Under the pieces are notes generated by a model. It had not been told where the DNA came from. It worked only from the letters and a program-made list of their open reading frames with translations, and made no database searches. A program made the translations under genes and the position numbers. Positions 56,642 through 64,000 of a stretch of 64,000 nucleotides of DNA are shown here, in pieces (position 1 is the stretch's first letter; every line of letters begins with the position of its first letter). The DNA comes from Epithemia pelagica. Lineage: Eukaryota > Protista > Bacillariophyta. The DNA lies in the NCBI GenBank assembly GCA_946965045.2, contig OX337229.1, forward strand, positions 2,976,001-3,040,000, written 5' to 3'.

Positions 56642-58351
56642 ATGAGCAGAATGACACAGCAGCTACATCAGTGTCTTCTTGCCCGCCAACCATCGCCTCG
56701 AACTCTTCAACAGCGAGCAACGTTGTATGGTTCTCGCAGTCGATCATGTTCCACCACCTATGCCGTAAAAGCAAAATTATCAACACGGCGGTGCACGTTG
56801 AATCTTCACGGCGGAGGATTTGCTCTGCGCCCAAGGCCACGGGCTCAGATTAATGCTATCGTGCTGAATTCATATGCAGACTATCGACGACGACGACCAT
56901 GGGAGGATGTTTGTCATCGAGGATATCATGAATTGTCATATACGGAAACGGATCCTCAAGATCCAATTGGGAGACTCGAGTACACTCAGAGATTGGATAT
57001 CCCTCAGGGCCCACCAACCGATGCAAACGCAATCAAAGGAATAAGTGAGGGAACATCATGGGTACTAGTCGAACTGCATGCCGCACCGTGGAATCCAGCC
57101 GATCAGAATACGGTTCAAGGCAAGTACCCCCCTCCGCAACACCCTTGGAACCATCTCCGATACTCCTCCCCGTCCTCTTCCATCATCAATGTAGCATCCT
57201 CTAGAAGAATTGTTGCAGGATCGGAAGGAATGGGACGTGTCGTTGATATTGTTCCACCGAATTCGTCCTCCGAGGATCAACCGGAGTTATCAGTTGGTGA
57301 TTGGGTAGTGCTGGGCTTACCGGGTTTGGGTTCACTTCGTTCACATATATGGCTCCCTCACACGGCACTCCTACAACTCAAGATGGACAATCACACCTGT
57401 ACTGTCGAGGATGCGAGGTTTGCATTGTCCACCCTTTTGCAATTGGGTGGAAGTGCCCACGCCTTGTTAGCCTACCGGCACTGCTATTCCGATTCGAATC
57501 ATCCCACAGCGACGACTGTGACTACCCAATCATTACGACCACTCGAAGACTGGGCGGTGATTCAAAATGCTGCCTTGTCCAATGTTGGCTATATGGTACA
57601 GCAGCTGGTGTGTTGTATGACACCACCGTCGTACCCAAAGTCCACCCGAACCACCCTAATTAATGTCGTCCGATCCAGTGATCCAAAGCCGGAGCCATTT
57701 GTGATACATTATACCTCGTTTGATCAAAGTCAGAACTCTACGGTCAGATTGTATTACATTACAGAAGAAGAAATACAAGCGTGTCGAAAAAGTCGTCAAC
57801 TATGGGAATTCCTTTCCACGTCGTCTTCCTCTCTACTTCAGGATTCACCACCCATTGTTTTGGCGTTGGATGCTGTGGGAGGACCAAAGGGATCGCACAT
57901 GATCAAACTGTTGGATCAAGGGGGTATCTCAGTCACCTATGGGGCCTTGTCGCAACAACCCTTGACTGTACCAGCACCGCAACTGATTTTCCCACATAAA
58001 ATGATTACTGGACATTGGCATAGTGGATGGATACAACGGGCAAGTGTCGAGGAGAAACAAGGCCTGCTCAATCATCTGGTGCAGCTACTTGGCCCAAACA
58101 ACACCATGCAACACCAGGAAACTAACAACAATCTTCACCGAACTGCAACGTCGTCCTCATTGTTGCTGCCACCCGTGCGTGTTGTGCCCTTGTCACAAGC
58201 CAAAGCGACTCTCATGGACTTGTATCAGCCGAAAGAACGTGACAATGGTAACGAAACTGAATCGAATGCGGGCGTAGACATACAACAAAATAGCCATACA
58301 ATCCCCCTACCTACCCGCCCCAAATTGGTTTTTGATTTGACCGAACAATGA
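56642..58351 (+). CDS. MECR: Mitochondrial trans-2-enoyl-CoA/ACP reductase (MECR/Etr1-like, MDR family)
   Basis: VELHAAPWNPADQNTVQGKYP, VAGSEGMGRV, IQNAALSNVG and LDAVGG...VTYGALS...GHW. Arg/Ser-rich presequence. First ATG at 56642. Confidence 0.8.
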   Translation: MSRMTQQLHQCLLARQPSPRTLQQRATLYGSRSRSCSTTYAVKAKLSTRRCTLNLHGGGFALRPRPRAQINAIVLNSYADYRRRRPWEDVCHRGYHELSYTETDPQDPIGRLEYTQRLDIPQGPPTDANAIKGISEGTSWVLVELHAAPWNPADQNTVQGKYPPPQHPWNHLRYSSPSSSIINVASSRRIVAGSEGMGRVVDIVPPNSSSEDQPELSVGDWVVLGLPGLGSLRSHIWLPHTALLQLKMDNHTCTVEDARFALSTLLQLGGSAHALLAYRHCYSDSNHPTATTVTTQSLRPLEDWAVIQNAALSNVGYMVQQLVCCMTPPSYPKSTRTTLINVVRSSDPKPEPFVIHYTSFDQSQNSTVRLYYITEEEIQACRKSRQLWEFLSTSSSSLLQDSPPIVLALDAVGGPKGSHMIKLLDQGGISVTYGALSQQPLTVPAPQLIFPHKMITGHWHSGWIQRASVEEKQGLLNHLVQLLGPNNTMQHQETNNNLHRTATSSSLLLPPVRVVPLSQAKATLMDLYQPKERDNGNETESNAGVDIQQNSHTIPLPTRPKLVFDLTEQ

Positions 58352-58554
58352 CAAAAGGGACATGATCAAGTGACAACGGAACTCGTGATGATGGATTACA
58401 TGCGAAGTGAGCAACTCGCCTTCTCGGTCTATTTTCTTTTAACTTTGTCTTGTCGTTAAACTATAGTTTGGCATGATTTATCCTTTTCAATCGAACAGCA
58501 CTATAGTAATGTGCGTCGTTGCAGGTGTCCATCCTGCATCGTAGTTTTTTTGTA

Positions 58555-61335
58555 CTATCCTTCTCGAGACGCAACGTCTACTCCTTCCGCAGCTGTTCGA
58601 TGAAAAAATTCCACAGGTTGCCCCTTTTCCCAAACCCCACGACGTTTGGTTCCATCCGGCAACATTTCCACACCAAACCCATGCGCCAGGGATTCACGAA
58701 ATTCACCCGTGTACTTGCCCCCGTTGGAATATTGAAGTTCTCCGTCCCCGTGATATCTTCCAGCTCGCCACTCGCCTTCATAATAACCATCTCCAAAATC
58801 ATACCGACCAAAGCCTTCAAACATACCGTCCACAAATTCTCCTTCATAAACATTTCCGTTATGAAAACAGAACTTTCCGTTGCCATTCCGTCGATCATAG
58901 GAAAAGTCTCCTGTATAGACGTCACCATTGTCCCATCTGTATTCACCCTTGCCGTGACGCGCATCAAGAACGAACTCGCCTTCATAGACATCTCCGTTGG
59001 GGTTCAGCAATTTACCGTGCCCATGCCATTGACCGGACACCCAGTGACCATCATACTCACGGCCAGATTCGTACTTCATGCACCCTTTTCCATGGGGCAA
59101 ACCTTCAGTGACCAAAATGTCTCCTGAATATATTCCTGTGTCCCCATACTTGTCTTGGCACTGTGCCCCCGTGACGGTGAAGATGAACTTTTGTTTTTCT
59201 TGCTCTTGCGCCCGTTGTCCTGATAGAGCCGCAGACGCACCCGACTCTGTGAAAAATGTTGGCGTAGTGTCAACTGTCTCGTCATCCTGCGTGGAGGAGC
59301 TGACTTTTTGAATGGATGGCTTGGGATTCTTGTTTTGATCCGACGATTCCGCAGGCAAATTCGTCACTGCTGCTGGCGCCACTGGCTCCACTGCTGGAGC
59401 CACTGGAATTGGGGGAGGATGCCCTGACGAAGAAAACATGAGGCTCTGCTTAGAACTGTTAAAGTCATCATCTTCATTGTGCACTTCAGGAACCACGTCT
59501 AAAATTTCATCCGTGCTAACTGTTCTCTTGGGCTTTCGAGCCGACTGCTTCGGAGGAGGTACCGAGTTGTGAAGGGGTGGAGGCGGCGGTTGTTCATACG
59601 AGGCAAACGACGATACCGATTTGTTGTCATCTCCATCAGTATCGGCAGTGGGATCTGTTGAATCTTCAATGACATGCTTTGGTGCACCATCAGGTGTAAC
59701 CGCATGCCGGTAAAAGGGATTGTCTCTTGGGGCATCCGATCCGAATGACTGACCATCAAATGACCTGCCGTCAAAAGACCGAGCGTCAAAGGATCTACCA
59801 TCGAACGAACGACAGTCGAATGATCTTCCGTCAAAGGACCTTCCATCGAATGACCTTCCATCAAAAGATTTACCGTCCACAGACAAACCATCGGTGGAGA
59901 GATCATCCGACTGGTAGCTCAATGTCCTTCCTACTCCTCGCATTCGAGGCATTTTCAACTGGGCCATTTGGTCGGTATCCAGTTGGAGTTTGGGCCGATT
60001 CTTGGTACGGTTGTCATGACTTGCAGCCGGTGGAGATTTGGGAATATCCAATAGTCCTCCACGGAAACTGGCAAATATCTTGTTAGGATCGGATGTCATG
60101 CTGGCATATTCGGCATCGTTCCAATACTGCTTGCGACTAGTATCATGAAAGCTTCCCACGTCCATGGAAAGGTCAGGCTGCGGCTTACTCTCCGTCTGTT
60201 GCTGTTGTTTGAGATAGGGCGGTTCTACCATTTCATCCAGACTGCGAGAGCTATGCGCTCGGAAGCTCTGTGCGTCAGATCGTTTTAATCCTCCCACATT
60301 TGGGGGATTGAGTGGTCTACCAGGTACATGTCCCGATGAACTCTTGGGCGCTTGTCCTTGTTTTCCGGAGGTAGTCGCTCGCAATTCTTCAAACCTAGAT
60401 TGAAGTGCCTTTTTCTTTTGTCGCACTTTGTCTAGCAAGGGGTCATTATCCAAGATGATTCCTTGCATGGTGCTTGGACCTGCATCGTCAGGATCAGGCG
60501 TATTGGGACCTGAGTTGAATGCCTTGCCCGCAGGACTGGCAAGCGGAGTACTGGATACACTAATACTGTTGGACGAGCTAGATCGAACAGGACGAGCTTT
60601 GTCTGGGGACGCAGAAAGAGATGGTGAATCGGCCGTGTAGAGAGGATTGGAACGTTTGGAAGGGCTGCTTGTACTGCTGTTCATGGGGCTTCCATGCTGT
60701 GAAAGCATGTCACGTTCACGTTCTTTCTGAACCGCCATGGTCTTAATGATTTTCATATCCTGTTGAATCGTTCTCCGGAGAGCCCATATAGTCTGTCGTT
60801 GTTCCTGGTTTTTGGCTTCTGCATCATGCAGCTTCTCTTCCAAGCCTTGAATCTGCATTTGCAAGCTCATGACTTCTTTTTCTTTCTGTCGCAACATCCA
60901 ATTCTGGACCTGTCCCAATCGTTTCATGATGGAATCCATCGTTTGGGGTTGTTGTTGCAAGATCAGAGCCTGCATACTGGCCGAATGTGCCCTCTTTACC
61001 TTTCGGCGGTTCTCATCGTCAGTGGCATCACCTGTCTCACCTTCCTTTTCATTCTTGTCTGGATCGGAGATTTGCTGAAGCTGGTGAACTACAGCCGCAA
61101 ACGACTTGCGCTGACGGATACCAACCGATTTTTCTTCGGAAAAGCACACACGACAGGGTATAATCTTGTTGTGAACCAGCGACAGGACTGGGCAATTGGG
61201 ATGCCGAACGCAATGGCCAGAAGGAGTTATACCCAGGGCTTCTTGCAAATCGGGAGCGGCCCCAACGTCGATATGAATGCCATTTGATGAGACTTTTTCT
61301 GCAGACTCTTCTTTCTTGGATTCATTCTCACTCAT
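58555..61335 (-). CDS. MORN-repeat protein E (about 926 aa; CxxHP-CxxC motif, coiled coil, SFDGR repeats, C-terminal MORN block)
   Basis: DKYGDTGIYSG...GLPHGKG followed by about 7 MORN repeats ending DGTKRRGVW. First ATG at 61335. Confidence 0.85.
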   Translation of the reverse strand: MSENESKKEESAEKVSSNGIHIDVGAAPDLQEALGITPSGHCVRHPNCPVLSLVHNKIIPCRVCFSEEKSVGIRQRKSFAAVVHQLQQISDPDKNEKEGETGDATDDENRRKVKRAHSASMQALILQQQPQTMDSIMKRLGQVQNWMLRQKEKEVMSLQMQIQGLEEKLHDAEAKNQEQRQTIWALRRTIQQDMKIIKTMAVQKERERDMLSQHGSPMNSSTSSPSKRSNPLYTADSPSLSASPDKARPVRSSSSNSISVSSTPLASPAGKAFNSGPNTPDPDDAGPSTMQGIILDNDPLLDKVRQKKKALQSRFEELRATTSGKQGQAPKSSSGHVPGRPLNPPNVGGLKRSDAQSFRAHSSRSLDEMVEPPYLKQQQQTESKPQPDLSMDVGSFHDTSRKQYWNDAEYASMTSDPNKIFASFRGGLLDIPKSPPAASHDNRTKNRPKLQLDTDQMAQLKMPRMRGVGRTLSYQSDDLSTDGLSVDGKSFDGRSFDGRSFDGRSFDCRSFDGRSFDARSFDGRSFDGQSFGSDAPRDNPFYRHAVTPDGAPKHVIEDSTDPTADTDGDDNKSVSSFASYEQPPPPPLHNSVPPPKQSARKPKRTVSTDEILDVVPEVHNEDDDFNSSKQSLMFSSSGHPPPIPVAPAVEPVAPAAVTNLPAESSDQNKNPKPSIQKVSSSTQDDETVDTTPTFFTESGASAALSGQRAQEQEKQKFIFTVTGAQCQDKYGDTGIYSGDILVTEGLPHGKGCMKYESGREYDGHWVSGQWHGHGKLLNPNGDVYEGEFVLDARHGKGEYRWDNGDVYTGDFSYDRRNGNGKFCFHNGNVYEGEFVDGMFEGFGRYDFGDGYYEGEWRAGRYHGDGELQYSNGGKYTGEFRESLAHGFGVEMLPDGTKRRGVWEKGQPVEFFHRTAAEGVDVASREG
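59734..59883 (-). repeat. Coding pentapeptide repeat, 10 x 15 bp (SFDGR)
   Basis: SVDGK SFDGR SFDGR SFDGR SFDCR SFDGR SFDAR SFDGR SFDGQ SFGSD. Confidence 0.9.
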
Positions 61336-62516
61336 GATGATCAAGGGAGTGTGTGGTTTCGATGAAACCTATATGATTCGATCGTTCGGTAGCCTCATCA
61401 AACCACGGAGGGCTACTTCACAGAATGAGTGATAGTCTTTGAAGTGATTCAATTGTCGTTATGATGGCAAACGTCGACTATGAACGATGAACTCAACAAG
61501 ATAACAACACGACAAGTGATGAATTCCAATCAGATGCAGAGTTTCCCCCGATCGGTATCAGTGCGAGAGAAACGAGAAGGGAGAATGTCCCTTTTTTAAT
61601 TCTTGTGTCTATTACGCGAGGAATAGACCGTCATTCATCCTCGTCCTCGGGTCTTTTTATCCATCGGGGCTTTCCCAATCTCAGTCGCACAACGTGAAAC
61701 GACAACCGACACAGACACAGACTATTGTTATTGGGTGCAACCGGGGGGTCACGGGGGGAGCACTTGAATCCTATGATAGGTGTGCATACTCGCATTTATG
61801 TCACGCGTGCAATCGCAAGATTGCTTAATTGGTTGATTCGAGCGAGCACGTGGGAAAAAGAACGACATTTTTCTAATTTCCCGTGCCAAATCTATCGGAA
61901 AATGAGTAGTATTAGCCAAATTTCCTGTTGGAGGCAATTTCGACACTATTGCCCCTTTCGCCGATCTCTATGTAACGAAATTCTTCTCGGTTTCCTAGTG
62001 GACATACTCTAGCCACGCGGGCCGTCCATAAGTATCCTTCGCCGTTTCGCGACTTCTCAACGCACCAGTCGCCTCTCTCACTTTTTCGGCGTCGCAGATT
62101 CCCACTGAGCGGAGGCGGAAGCAATCAACTCACATTTGGTTTGACGAGGAGCATCGCAGGCCACTGAGTTGCTGCGCCATCCGAAGAAGTCATAGATTAG
62201 TCGTCGGGAAGAGAAAAAGCGAAAGACCGTAGTCGTCGAATCCTTTGGATTGATTTTTGGTGAACGATTTTGGACCGGGTCTTGCTACTTTCATTGCTTC
62301 CCACACTCAAGTCGGCCATTAGGAATCTTGGAAGCCGTTGTTGCAACAGATATATTCACAATCACGACTACTACATCGCCGGATTCACGTTCTGGCTTTC
62401 CTGCTGAAAGGGAAAGGCCACCCGTTCCGTACTACCCCGTTGGTCGTTCGCCCGTGAAACGGCGGACATTAATTGGCAAGACGGCTTCTCCACTCAGTTA
62501 CATCTTGCAGGCGGCG

Positions 62517-63863
62517 ATGGGGCAGTGTTCCACGCTGCCTGCGGAGGGATCAAGGCCCTCCTCCTCGGTTTCTTCCAGACTGGAATCGCTCCAAGCCCGC
62601 GACCCAATCTACGCCGAACAACGGCATAGACTTCGGGACGAACGAGGAAGAGAAAGTCTCGACTTTAACAAACTTGTTCCCAACCAACAAAACTTTGACC
62701 CAGAAATTTCAAAGGAAGAGGCGAAAGCCGCTGCACAACTTTCAAAGCTTGTAAAAGATGGGCCCAAGTCAGACATTGGCATGGTCCCTGTTCCAACAGA
62801 GTCGACGACTCCTCCCAGACAGTCGCGTGATCTTGATGCCATGCGAGCCGCTGCGGATAGCCCTGTACCCATGGACACGGAGCAACGCGATGAAATGCCT
62901 TCCATCTTCCACGAACCACCTCCGCCACCTCCAGAAAACGCCGTACGCACACGGTGCTACAAGCTCAACCTCGACTCGGAAATCGTTGGATTGTCGAGTA
63001 GCCAAAAGCAAGGAATCTGTTTGGGACCTTTCAGTGAACCACCTCCGTATCTTACCTACAGTTCCTCGGAAGACTCCGAAAAGGACATTACACCAACTGA
63101 TGTTGCAATCAAAACCGCACAAATCTTTCGAGGAATCACGGTCGGTCGTGATGGCACCATTCTTTCTCAGAACGCACGCGCCACCCGAAGCAACCGTGGA
63201 AAGGGAACCAAGCGAGGTGAGAAGTCTCGGCAAGCAGCAAAAATCGACAAGGCGAAGGACCTAGTGGAAGAAACCATTGCATCCGGAAAGGCACCCGACT
63301 CGGACGACCCCGCATCCATGGTATCTCTCATCGTGGTGGGTGAATACGACGACATGAAACACTTGGTCCGAGATGGTTCCAAGAAACTCCGGGACGCTGT
63401 TGGTCTCCCAGACTCTCACTTGACATCGATCAACCAACTCAGAGTAGCCGAACATCCATCTTCATCGACGGCCATTAGCCCCCGCAAGCGTGTCTCACCA
63501 AGTCTGGTCCATAGCCAACGCAATGCCGCCTTGCAAAGTCCCGAAAAGATCCAAGCCACTGGACCATCCACGTCCCAAACGGCCCCACCAAAGTTGAAAA
63601 GCAACCCTCGAGATACCCGACCTGGTCGAAGGGAAAATGCCAAGATGCGATTGGATTCCTGCAACGACTTTATTGACCCTCGCCGTCCTGGGGGTGCGGT
63701 GGATGGTGACTGGAGCCATGCCTGGAACATTTGGAATTGCGGTGGAGTTGGTGCCGTCAGTCCCTTTCAACCCAGCAGTCCGACGGACCGCTCTGTTTTC
63801 GAAGGGAGAGAAGCCTCTCACAACACCAACCGCGAAGGTGCGGTGACAACAAGAGCTGATTAA
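62517..63863 (+). CDS. Hypothetical protein with a probable N-myristoylation/palmitoylation start (MGQCST)
   Basis: The first ATG of the long ORF is at 62517. It contains a more ordered core GITVGRDGTILSQNARATRSNRG...AAKIDKAKDLVEE. Confidence 0.65.
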   Translation: MGQCSTLPAEGSRPSSSVSSRLESLQARDPIYAEQRHRLRDERGRESLDFNKLVPNQQNFDPEISKEEAKAAAQLSKLVKDGPKSDIGMVPVPTESTTPPRQSRDLDAMRAAADSPVPMDTEQRDEMPSIFHEPPPPPPENAVRTRCYKLNLDSEIVGLSSSQKQGICLGPFSEPPPYLTYSSSEDSEKDITPTDVAIKTAQIFRGITVGRDGTILSQNARATRSNRGKGTKRGEKSRQAAKIDKAKDLVEETIASGKAPDSDDPASMVSLIVVGEYDDMKHLVRDGSKKLRDAVGLPDSHLTSINQLRVAEHPSSSTAISPRKRVSPSLVHSQRNAALQSPEKIQATGPSTSQTAPPKLKSNPRDTRPGRRENAKMRLDSCNDFIDPRRPGGAVDGDWSHAWNIWNCGGVGAVSPFQPSSPTDRSVFEGREASHNTNREGAVTTRAD

Positions 63864-64000
63864 ACAGCCATTCAATAAAAACTACCTTGAGAGAGCCACT
63901 GGTCATTTTGGACCCGTGCGTTTCTCTTCCTAACTGTCAAAGTAGACCAATATTTTTTATCTCCTAGTTTTTGTGTTCAATCCTTGTGTGTACAAGTTTG

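Overview
Gene-dense eukaryotic DNA, most likely from a diatom (short GT-AG introns, signal peptide + F plastid-targeting motifs, a CoDi-type Copia element). Host genes from left to right: exocyst Sec5 (partial, spliced), a CXXC+PHD protein, DUF1517/FLAP1-like, a two-PHD protein, a pseudogenised STAND/AAA ATPase, gamma-secretase Aph-1, a GNAT + flavin amine oxidase fusion, a frameshifted plastid NADAR, a SnoaL-like cyclase, an Mpv17/PMP22 gene with an in-frame stop, mitochondrial trans-2-enoyl reductase and several hypothetical proteins. Five divergent genes encoding long disordered proteins with a related MORN-repeat block are spread through 16.6-61.3 kb, and two of them share an unannotated CxxHP...CxxC and QxWMLxQKExE module. 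At about 42.5-56.0 kb lies a CRE-like, restriction-like-endonuclease non-LTR retrotransposon. Its RT ORF is split by a complete 8375-bp Ty1/Copia element (LTRs 44496-45280 and 52084-52870, TSD CCGCC), and removing the Copia restores the host reading frame exactly. The Copia has an apparent tRNA-Asn anticodon-arm primer site and an extra ORF upstream of gag, and its two LTRs differ only by four CpG transitions and one GT slip. All family calls come from motif recognition by eye; no database searches were run.
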